DNA from: Thermodesulfobacteriota bacterium
GTDB lineage: Bacteria > Desulfobacterota > Desulfobacteria > Desulfobacterales > JARGFK01
Assembly (NCBI GenBank): GCA_040757625.1
Contig: JBFLWU010000010.1
Coordinates: 56,898 to 120,897 of the forward strand
DNA length: 64,000 nt
Direction of reading: 5' to 3'
Positions 1 to 8,900 of the stretch are shown one piece after another (position 1 is the stretch's first letter; every line of letters begins with the position of its first letter). The notes beneath the pieces were generated by a model, which saw only the letters and a program-made list of their open reading frames with translations, was not told where the DNA came from and did no database searches. A program made the translations under genes and the position numbers.

Positions 1-234
1 GGCATCGAAGCCGGCCAGGTCTACAGCGTTTATTATGAGGACGAACACGGATTAAAGTTCTATAAGGAAGGCGAACTTCTGAAATCCACAGCCAAGAAGG
101 AATCCCTTCAAACACCGATTGATTTTGCGAAGGTACTGGTGCTCTTTACGGAAGACAGTACTTCAACGGTTCTGGTGACTTATTCCGAAAAAGACCTGTA
201 TCCAACCGCAAGAATTCGTTCACCGATAAAATAA
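1..234 (+). CDS. 3' end of an unidentified protein-coding gene (5'-partial at window edge)
   Basis: Frame 1 is open from base 1 to TAA at 232-234 (...VTYSEKDLYPTARIRSPIK*). No recognisable motif. Confidence 0.35.
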   Translation, partial: GIEAGQVYSVYYEDEHGLKFYKEGELLKSTAKKESLQTPIDFAKVLVLFTEDSTSTVLVTYSEKDLYPTARIRSPIK

Positions 235-308
235 AAAACCACCCGGCGGCGCTTAGAATGAGAATTAAAGGCAGTAGAGTCAACCACTGATCTACCGTTG
301 TCTTCCTT

Positions 309-2138
309 CTATTCGCCTGATTGCTCCCAGGTAACCCGCAACACCTCCTGATAGGTTGTTTTACCCTCCAGCAATATTTTGATGGCGTTTTCTCTTAAAG
401 TGATCATCCCTTCTTTCTGGGCCTGTATGCGAATGGCTTCGACCGGGGTCGTTTCAGAAGTCATATTTCTGATAGTATCCGAATAGGGCAGCACCTCAAA
501 AATTCCGCTTCGTCCCAGATACCCTGTCCCCCGGCATCTCGAGCACCCCTTGCCGCGAAAGAGACGGATATAGCCGCTGCTCCCGACCTCAATCCCCATG
601 GCTCTAATTTCAGCCGCATCCATATCAAAAGATTCTTTGCAATGGATGCAAATCTTTCGCACCAGACGTTGAGACAAAATTCCGACCAGGGTTGCCTGAA
701 TCAGATACGACGGAATCCCCAGATCCAGCAATCTGGTAATTGCGGCGGGAGCGTCGTTGGTATGAAGGGTCGATAGCACCAGATGCCCTGTAAGTGCCGC
801 CTGTACGGCATTTCGGGCGGTTTCCAGGTCCCGCATTTCACCGATCATGATTATGTCCGGGTCCTGACGTAAGATATTCCGCAGAATCGTCGCGAAGGTA
901 ATGCCGAGGACGGGTTGGACGGCAATTTGATTAAAATCTTCATGCACCATTTCTATGGGGTCTTCCACGGTTGTAATATTGATATCCGGCGATGACAAGT
1001 TTCTGAGAGTGGAATAAAGTGTGGTGGACTTGCCGCTCCCCGTCGGTCCGCAGACCAGAACAATACCGTGGGGGCTATTGATGAACTTGTTAAACCGAAT
1101 CAAGTCGGAACCGCTGAAGCCGAGCATCTCCAGGTCCTGAAAAAGAATCTCAGGGTCCATCACCCGCATGACGACTTTTTCGCCAAATGCAACCGGTACG
1201 GTGGAAACCCGTATCTCCACTTCCACACCGCCCTTGTCGGTTTTGATTCTTCCATCTTGGGGGCGCCGTTTTTCCGCCATGTCCAGCCGCGAAAGGTTTT
1301 TGATCCTGCTAACCACGGCTGAATGCACATTTTTAGGAAGCTTATAAACCGTATGCAGCGTCCCGTCGATTCGCATTCTAATCCAGCTTGCCTCTCTTTT
1401 GGGTTCGATATGAATATCACTGGCACGCTGATCGAACGCATAGGAAAGCAGATGGTTGACTGCCCTGATAATATGCTGATCATTGGAAGGCAGCTCTTCG
1501 GCAGATTTCAGGCTGACATATTGCTCCAGATTGCCCAGATCCACCGTGGGCCCTGCAAACTGGTTTTCCGCAGCGGCAATGGAACGTTTAAATCCGAAAA
1601 ATTCATCTATGAGCCGGACAATATCGGATTTGGGACTGATGACAGCCTTGACTTTCAGATGAATGGCTCGGGAGATATCTTCAAAAACATCCCGATTGTA
1701 AGGGTTGGCGGTTGCCACCGTCAAGTAACCGTCTTTGATGGCGATTGGAAGAACGAGATGCCTTAAAGCAAAAGAGCGCGGAATGGTCGTGGTTACCAGG
1801 TTCAAATCCAGTTTCAATGGATCGATTTTTTTAAACGGTATTCTCCATTCATTTGCCAGGGTTTCATAAATTAGATCCTCATCCACCAAGCCCGACTCCC
1901 TGCCCTTCCTTTTCAGGTTCAGGGCGGCAACCAGATCTACCCCGGTAACCGGTCCGACAATTCGACCGGATGAAAAGCCACCGTTTGATTTCTTGGTGCT
2001 GAGTTTTTCCAATTCCTTTATAAATACTTCTTTTTGGGCGAGGACCTCCCTGACCTGCTCGGCGGTAATCAAATCGTTAGCCAGGAGCACGCGGCAGACA
2101 TTTTCTGCAGAAAACTGGTTGCCAAGATCTGTGTTCAT
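309..2138 (-). CDS. GspE/PilB-family type IV pilus / type II secretion assembly ATPase
   Basis: 609-aa ORF. N-terminal T2SSE_N-like region. Walker A VCGPTGSGKSTT and Walker B/Asp-box region DPDIIMIGEMRD. C-terminal tetracysteine CIHC...CSRCRGTGY typical of GspE/PilB ATPases. Confidence 0.9.
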   Translation of the reverse strand: MNTDLGNQFSAENVCRVLLANDLITAEQVREVLAQKEVFIKELEKLSTKKSNGGFSSGRIVGPVTGVDLVAALNLKRKGRESGLVDEDLIYETLANEWRIPFKKIDPLKLDLNLVTTTIPRSFALRHLVLPIAIKDGYLTVATANPYNRDVFEDISRAIHLKVKAVISPKSDIVRLIDEFFGFKRSIAAAENQFAGPTVDLGNLEQYVSLKSAEELPSNDQHIIRAVNHLLSYAFDQRASDIHIEPKREASWIRMRIDGTLHTVYKLPKNVHSAVVSRIKNLSRLDMAEKRRPQDGRIKTDKGGVEVEIRVSTVPVAFGEKVVMRVMDPEILFQDLEMLGFSGSDLIRFNKFINSPHGIVLVCGPTGSGKSTTLYSTLRNLSSPDINITTVEDPIEMVHEDFNQIAVQPVLGITFATILRNILRQDPDIIMIGEMRDLETARNAVQAALTGHLVLSTLHTNDAPAAITRLLDLGIPSYLIQATLVGILSQRLVRKICIHCKESFDMDAAEIRAMGIEVGSSGYIRLFRGKGCSRCRGTGYLGRSGIFEVLPYSDTIRNMTSETTPVEAIRIQAQKEGMITLRENAIKILLEGKTTYQEVLRVTWEQSGE

Positions 2139-2339
2139 ATGCCCAGTTGTTTTGATGAAAGTTCAGATGTATTCAGATACATGAAAAATAAAAGAAAACG
2201 GGATGGAAAGCAACCGGAATTTGAATACGGATGAATTGTCAGGATCCCGGAGGGGGATTGAATCCATGGTAAGGGATTGGATGACCGGTTGACTGCTTCG
2301 GCAGTGTTGCTCTTACAGAAAGGGCACCAGATAACGGGA

Positions 2340-2801
2340 TTACAGCGAAGGCGCTGAAATAAAACTGGTCATTTCATCGATCATGAACCAGAATTCTCTT
2401 TTGCCGCTGCCGGTTGCGTCATTCGTTCCATTTATGTGATATACGCGGGCTGTAACCAGGCCGCCACCGGGAATCCCCGGGCTATCACCAAAAATAACTG
2501 CTTTCACTCCCGGAGAGAGGGTAAATACCGGCTCCCGGGGAGCGCCGCTGGTATCCAGAACACCGACCTGAGACCCATCCGCCGGCGTATGGTTATAATC
2601 AATATCATCCAGCCCTAAAAAACTGTTGCCTGCCACCGTCATGAGGTTCTTGCCATCCGCCAGGGCCGTGGCGTCAAACGCCCTTTTTCTGAGATCAAGG
2701 GCGAACGTCATAGCCATCTGGGCCAAGATTCCGAGGATGATCAAAGCCATTAAAAGTTCAATCAGGGTAAAGCCGTCTGATTGTTTTATTCGATCAAACA
2801 T
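2340..2801 (-). CDS. Prepilin-type N-terminal cleavage/methylation domain protein (type IV pilin or pseudopilin)
   Basis: Leader plus class III signal MFDRIKQSDG/FTLIELLMALIILGILA. ATG at 2801 is preceded by GGAGGA (2806-2811), so it is preferred over the ATG at 2813. No cysteines in the mature part. Confidence 0.8.
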   Translation of the reverse strand: MFDRIKQSDGFTLIELLMALIILGILAQMAMTFALDLRKRAFDATALADGKNLMTVAGNSFLGLDDIDYNHTPADGSQVGVLDTSGAPREPVFTLSPGVKAVIFGDSPGIPGGGLVTARVYHINGTNDATGSGKREFWFMIDEMTSFISAPSL

Positions 2802-2837
2802 GGTTTCCTCCATGACGAGAAAACATCTCTGTATGGA

Positions 2838-4286
2838 TTAATTCACAACCTTCTGCCAGCTGCCGCCGGTAAGAACAGCGTCGATGTTCTGCAGTTCGGG
2901 GTAATCCACATTTCCGAATCCGATCTGACCGTTCTTGTCTTTCCACATCAGGTATTGACCGCTGATCCCAGCGGCCAGCAGCTCTTCATCCAGCGGCTTG
3001 TTGGCTTTCTGCCGGGTCGGCAAATCCCCCACGCGCTTTTCCGACGGCGGCTCCTTCTCAAGGGTGGTCCATCCGCCCCTTGAAGCCACCTCCAGACGAT
3101 CCCTTTCAGGATACTGGGTGTCGCCGATTCCGATGGAACCGTCTTTATTCTTCCAGACCAGGTATTCACTGCTGATATCGGCAGCAAGGGTATTGACATC
3201 CCTTGCTGAAGAGCTTTTCGCTGGAATACCTTCAACGACAGCGGTTTCTTTAACGGCCGGTCTTTCAAGCGCGCTCCAGCCGCCCAGGGAAGCTACCATG
3301 AGGCGCTCCTTGTCGGGATACTGGGAATCACCGACACCGATGACGCCGCCCGTGCTTTTCCATACCAGGAAGTTCCGGCTGAAGCCGGCGGCGATCTCTT
3401 CCGTGCTTTGCGGCTTTTCAGCCACCGCGGCCTGGGTTTCCGTCAATTCGGTCAGCCCGTCCTTTTGACGCCGCTTGACATTGTACCAGCGGTTTTTAAC
3501 GGCGACATACATATCCGTACGATCGGGAAATTCCACATTGCTGACGCCGATGGCTCCGTTCAGGTCTTTCCAGACCATATAGCGCTCAAGGTTATATCCG
3601 ATTTGCGCTTCTTGGGCGGACACGGCCTCTTCGCCCACCAGCGTGATGATTCGCGACAGTTCAGTTTGAACGTTGACTTTTTCCTCCGAGATGTTCGGTC
3701 GATCAGCGCGCCTGGTTTCCGGGCTGACGGCTGCGGTTACCACATCAACTTCTTTCACCGTCATTTCGCGCTCCTGGATGACTTCGAGGATCATGCTCTC
3801 TGATATTGCCGCCTGGATAACTTCCGGAGTTTCTTCAGCTTCAACCTGAGCGGGTTTTTTGGGTGACGCCCGCCTGGTTGCCACCATCACGCCGCTGGTT
3901 TCCACCCCGGGCCGCATGGTGCTGTCAATTGAGGCCACCATGGTTTGGTTGTTGTAGGTCACGGATTTGGTCAGGGAAAAATTGTTCTCCGCCGGCGCAT
4001 AACTCCAATCGATCTGTTCGATAAACGCTTTGCTGGGCATATATTTGGGATACAAAACACCCAGATTGGGAGGATACACCTTGTTGTCGGCGTGATACTT
4101 TTGAATGGCTTCGGCCATCTCATATAACCCGCCCCGGGGACTTTTTTTAGCCATGTCAACCATGCGGCTGTATGTGTCCTCGCGATGGACCTGATTCGCA
4201 TCTTTTTGCCTGAAATGGCGGAACCCCATGAACGCCCCCCACAGGGCAACGACAAGCACCGCAATAATAATGTATTTTTTTTCCAT
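2838..4286 (-). CDS. N-terminally membrane-anchored protein with four ~60-aa C-terminal tandem repeats, function unknown
   Basis: 482-aa ORF with one N-terminal TM helix (IIIAVLVVALWGAFMGF). The segment EMAEAIQKYHADNKVYPPNLGVLYP resembles the GspG-type motif A-x2-Y-x2-DN-x-YP. Four repeats share the consensus (Y/F)L(V/M)WK-x3-G-x-IG(V/I/F)G-x3-YP...GGW. Confidence 0.6.
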   Translation of the reverse strand: MEKKYIIIAVLVVALWGAFMGFRHFRQKDANQVHREDTYSRMVDMAKKSPRGGLYEMAEAIQKYHADNKVYPPNLGVLYPKYMPSKAFIEQIDWSYAPAENNFSLTKSVTYNNQTMVASIDSTMRPGVETSGVMVATRRASPKKPAQVEAEETPEVIQAAISESMILEVIQEREMTVKEVDVVTAAVSPETRRADRPNISEEKVNVQTELSRIITLVGEEAVSAQEAQIGYNLERYMVWKDLNGAIGVSNVEFPDRTDMYVAVKNRWYNVKRRQKDGLTELTETQAAVAEKPQSTEEIAAGFSRNFLVWKSTGGVIGVGDSQYPDKERLMVASLGGWSALERPAVKETAVVEGIPAKSSSARDVNTLAADISSEYLVWKNKDGSIGIGDTQYPERDRLEVASRGGWTTLEKEPPSEKRVGDLPTRQKANKPLDEELLAAGISGQYLMWKDKNGQIGFGNVDYPELQNIDAVLTGGSWQKVVN

Positions 4287-4380
4287 ACAGGTTCCTGTTC
4301 AGCTCGTCGTTCGTGCTAAAACGCTTAAAATCAGGTTGACGACCCGTCTTAATGCCGGTCTATTGAGCGTAACAGTTTGG

Positions 4381-4409
4381 TATTTATATTATTTTTGATA
4401 ATTTGTCAA
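4381..4409 (-). promoter_or_regulatory. Candidate sigma70-type promoter upstream of the repeat-protein gene
   Basis: On the minus strand: TTGACA (4404-4409), 17-nt spacer, TAAATA (4381-4386). It lies in an AT-rich 165-nt gap inside the otherwise tightly packed pilus locus. Confidence 0.3.
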
Positions 4410-4451
4410 TAAAAACCAAGTCTTCGTGTACATAGCCAGCAGAATCCGAGC

Positions 4452-5000
4452 TTACTTTGATACTGATTTGTTGTATGCTTCCGCCCGGGTTTGAAACGCC
4501 TGTCGCTGCTTCTCGTAGTCGGCCAGCCGTTGATTGAACAGATTCACCTTATTCTGGTAGGCGCGGATGCTTTCAACCGTCTTTAGGGTCTGTTGTTCCT
4601 TCTCAAGCGTTTCTTTTTCAGTTGCCAGCGAATTATAAATTTTGTCTAAATCCGCTTTGGCTTTGATGAGCGCGTCAAACTGCTGTTGGGATTGAGCGCC
4701 TTCCGCAACAGCATCCGGGCTTTGGTCTGCCGCCTCCCCTTTGGGTTGCTCGCTATCAGCCCTATCAACCGCCGGCTGGGCCTCATCCGCGCTGCCCGGC
4801 GCCGTCTTCACCTGCGGCGCGGCTTTTTCCTCCGGCCGGGTAATGATCTCCACTTTGGGCCGCTGGTTTTCCGGAATCTCGATATAATTGTCGGTAAAGT
4901 GAATCACGCCCCTTTCATCGGTATAGCGATAGAATTCCGCCGATACCATTGCCGGAAGCAGAAAAAAAAACAAGCTGATTGGCATATACCGCAAACGCAT
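4452..5000 (-). CDS. DUF4124-like secreted protein with coiled-coil C-terminus
   Basis: Signal peptide MRLRYMPISLFFFLLPAMVSA, followed by FYRYTDERGVIHFTDN (the DUF4124 signature Y-x-W/Y-x-D-x-x-G-x-x-H-F/Y-S/T-D). Low-complexity linker and heptad-like C-terminus. Confidence 0.6.
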   Translation of the reverse strand: MRLRYMPISLFFFLLPAMVSAEFYRYTDERGVIHFTDNYIEIPENQRPKVEIITRPEEKAAPQVKTAPGSADEAQPAVDRADSEQPKGEAADQSPDAVAEGAQSQQQFDALIKAKADLDKIYNSLATEKETLEKEQQTLKTVESIRAYQNKVNLFNQRLADYEKQRQAFQTRAEAYNKSVSK

Positions 5001-5077
5001 GGGTAGCCTCCCTTATTATGTAAAATTACAGAACCTTTCTCTATTAACCCTGATTTCTCAATATCTGACCGCTGATG

Positions 5078-5932
5078 CTATTTCTTTCCCGATATTTTCC
5101 CGAGCTCTTTATCGATAATTTCCTGAAAACCGGTAAGCGTCCGGTTTTTCAAAACCCGACCGTTGATATAGACTGCCGGCGTCCCCCGGACGCCGGCCTG
5201 GTTGCCGTCTTGAAAATCCTGCCCAACCCTTGCCCGTATCGCAGGGCTTTTAAGATCGCTGTTATACTGTTCCATATTCAGCCCCAGAGAAACGGCTATT
5301 TCCTGAATTTTTTGTTCGCTCAGCTGATTATAGCTGTCAAACAACCGGTCATGAAACGGCCAGAACTTCCCCTGCCGATCTGCTGCAAGAGCCGCCTCAG
5401 CAGCTTTTTGGGCAAACTTGTGGTTCTGCAACGGAAAATTTTTATGGACCACTTTCACCCTATTGGGATTTTTCTCGAGCACCTGCTCGAGCAGCGGCAC
5501 CAGCCGCTGACAGTACACTCATTCAAAATCACTGAAAACGGCAATCACAACCGGAGCATCTTCTGCCCCTTTAAAGGGTGACCCCGACACGTTAATCGGT
5601 CGGATAAAGTCCAGGGTCACAATCTGAATCGTCTTATTTTTTCTGCTGGTCAGCAGCAGCAGGTCTTCCCTGGGGCCAACCCGGATGCCGTCCACCTTAT
5701 TGCCGACGGTGAGTTGTCCCTCCAGCCTGCCGTCGGGGGTATAAACTTGCACGCTACCGGTTTGGGTCAAAACAAAAAGCCACTTCCCGTTCACCGAAAC
5801 AGCCACATCAACCGGCGCTTCCTGCAGCTTCAAGGTGCGCTGGATATCCGCCTCCACTTCAGCGCTACTGTTTGAACCCCCTATTGCAATCAGCAGCAGC
5901 ACCAGCGCACACATATTCAGTCTTTTTTTCAA
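5078..5932 (-). CDS. DsbA-family thiol:disulfide oxidoreductase, probable selenoprotein (in-frame TGA at 5519-5521 read as Sec; redox motif U-V-Y-C)
   Basis: Track ORFs 5519..5989 and 5078..5518 are in the same frame, separated only by TGA. The joined sequence reads ...APVVIAVFSDFE-TGA-VYCQRLVPLLE, so the TGA sits at the first Cys position of a DsbA CxxC motif. The cis-Pro loop GVRGTPAVYING lies downstream. The start is uncertain. TTG 5932, preceded by GAGAGG, gives the signal peptide MKKRLNMCALVLLLIAIGG; ATG 5914 is the alternative. Confidence 0.75.
5474..5509 (-). promoter_or_regulatory. Candidate bacterial SECIS element (two adjacent perfect hairpins just 3' of the in-frame UGA)
   Basis: The mRNA reads UGA GUG UAC UGU, then CAGCGGC-UGGU-GCCGCUG (5492-5509), then CUCGAGCA-GG-UGCUCGAG (5474-5491). 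The first stem starts 9 nt after the UGA, and its apical loop contains G and U. Confidence 0.55.
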
Positions 5933-5995
5933 ATCATGACCTCTCTTTCTTTTGCGAATCCGCCCCGTGACGGATCGCTGCGGCCCCAACCCCTA

Positions 5996-8900
5996 TTATT
6001 TCACCTCACCCCAGCTCGCCTTGCCGGTCTTGGCATTTTGAATCGGCAGATTGGGTTGCGGAATCTCCACAATCGTTCCGGTACTGGTCTGGACAAACGC
6101 CTTGGCGCCTTCCTGCCTGCCCACGTGCAGGTTCGGCGTGGTGGCCAGACCACGCCCCAGGGCCACCCGGTCTATCACGCCACCGGTAGTCGTATCGACA
6201 CCGGTGCTAAAAGCACTGATGAAAATTGGGATATAGAACGACGTTCCGGTCCGGAAATAGACACCGTAAAGATATCCCAGGCCCTCCGGCAGACAGGGGT
6301 CGGCATAAGGCTGGTAGCTGGTATAGGTCACCAGACCGCCCAGCAGGGTCGCCTGGCCCAGGTTGCGCTCTTTGCTCAGGGTAAGGTCCTTATACCAGCC
6401 GTCAGTCCCGCTGGAATCAGTTCCCGTATCACAGCCTGTGCCGGTTCCGGCGATATAACTCTCCAGCGTATCGAACGTCGTCAGGGTCGTCGGCGAAATC
6501 TCAAGACAGCTGGTCGAGCCGTCACTGCAGGAGAGTATGGCAGCGTGGGCGGTCGTCGCCTGATGCACCTGGATCTTTGTAACATCCAGGAGCCCCTGGT
6601 CGCCAGGCGTGCTGTTGTGATGAAAATCATCCACATCCGTCTTTTCAACTGTCTCCCAGGTAAAAGACGCCTGACAGTTGCTCGTGCTCCCGCTGAAGGA
6701 AAGCGGCTCCTTGATGCCGTAATAGGTCTGCTGACTGGTGTCGCTCTTATCACCGGTTTCCAGAAAACGACCGGTGCCGAAATAAACCCAGTAGTTTTTA
6801 CCGTCGGTCCCCACGCTGGCCGATGCCGTCACCGGTTGACTCGTATTTATCAGGGGCAGTGGATTTGTCAGAGACGAGGCGCTCAGCAGGCCGGACCAAT
6901 CGCTGGGAAGGGTTTCATCCTGCTTGCCGGTAACGCTGTTGATTTTCCGGGTAACCAGCCGCTGCAGGCCGCCCCCATAGGGCGCTGACGTGCCGGATAC
7001 GGTTCCGAAATAAACCACATCCGATTTAAAATTCTCCTCCAGTTCAAAGTCCACGGTAATCGGGTCCGAAACGAAACTGTTGCTGGTATAGGCCAGAACA
7101 AACTGGCCGCCCTCGTTATTGGCCACGCTTGGCGCGCCGCTCGGTATCCGGAATCCCCGGGCGGTGGATCCGCCCTGCCCCAGCCATTCCAGCGGCAGGA
7201 CGGCCACGCTGGCCGACTGGTTGCTGCTCCCGCTGACGCTGGTAGGCCCGCTGCCCATGACGAGATACCATTTATAGGTCACCGGCGGTCCTGCGTTTTT
7301 CATCACCACCAGGGTGGGAATGGCCAAGGTGAAACCCAATTCGGCTTCCGATCCGGAAGTGGTCCGTGTCATCTCCGCCAGCAGGACTGGCGGTTTTTCC
7401 GGATCGGTTATATCCATAACAAAGTAGGCTGAGGTAAATTCGCGGGTATCAGCCGGGTAATCCGCTGCCGCATTGCCGTTCAGATCCAGTACGCCCGGGC
7501 GAACTTTGCCGCCGCCGAGGCGCATGGCGCCCACCAGGAGGGTCCCCCATCCGCCCACATGGGTGGTGTCGCCGGTGGCGGGCCACAGGCGCACGTCAAA
7601 AATGCGCGGCCGCTGGTCCACATAGTACTTGTGCTGATAACCGGCCGACGTCATGCAGTTCAGGTGCGGCAGCAGGTTATAGGGGACATAGGCCCATAAC
7701 TCCGCCCCCAGATCCGGCGTATTGGTATTGACGCTGCAGTCGCTGGTGCGGCAGAATTTTTTCTGGGCTTCATTGTAGAATCCGCCGTTGACGGCATGCA
7801 TCATGCCGTCGTTGCCGCCGAAATAAATCATGTGGCGCCGTTTTTTGTAAGCCGCCACGAACTGGGCATAAGAGTTGTCGCGATACAAAAAATGATACCC
7901 TTCCGCCGGTGCCGCCACCGAAATCGGGGTGGAATGGATCACATCTCCCAGCCGCCAGGTTATGGTTTCATCCACGCCGTTATGATCGAAGTCATAGGGC
8001 ATCTGGCGCAGCCGCAGATTGTCGGGGGTATAATCCAGGCCCCGCAGCCACCTGATAATTGTGTCGACCTCGGCATTGGTCTGGACACCGAAATCGAGCG
8101 GCACGGGACCGCGGCCTCCGGACACCGACAGACCGGACCAGCTGGTGCCGGGTGTAAAGTCTAGCAGTTCGTTGCTGTCCACGATGCCGTCGTTGTCCAG
8201 ATCGTTCCAGGTAAAGATATAGCGTTTTTTTACATTCGATATAAACCCGGTGGTTGTCCCCACCAGGGTGCGGTTCTGTAAGATGTCGCCTGCGGCTGTT
8301 GCAGAAGCGGCCGTCGGTTGGATTTCCGCCAGCCACTGGGCCGCCGACCAGTGATACTTCACATCCTCCAGGTTCAACGTTGATCCGGTGCAGGCGCCGC
8401 CGGCGTCCAGATCGCCGACGCAGGCCTTGGTCTGATTGATGGATTGATCAAAGAAAAACACGATGCGCTGGTCGCCGCTATCCAGGGCATGGTCCCCGTT
8501 GCTGTCTTCATAGAGCTGTCCGTAGGCGTCCACCAGAAGGGAGTGGACCTCGCCGATCCACTGGACCTTGTCACCGCTGGCCAGGTCCACGCTAGGCCAG
8601 AAAATGGCCTGATAGGCGGCGCCTTCGCCGCTGCGCGAGGCCGAAATAACCGAGGCGGCCGAACCGGCCGCGGCCCCGGCCCGGATGGCGGCGAAGGCCG
8701 CCCGCAGGGTATTTTCAAGCTGGGTCGGGTCCGCAGCCTCATAAAGGGCGGTGCCGCCGTTGGCGGCGGCAGCTTCCAAGAGCACCTTGGGGTTGCATTC
8801 ATCGGCCGCACCGGTATCCCGCAGGGTGCCGGCCACCACGATATGGGTGGCGATGTTTTGCTTGTCCTGGGGGTTGCCGTCCGCGTCATTCATCTGGGAC

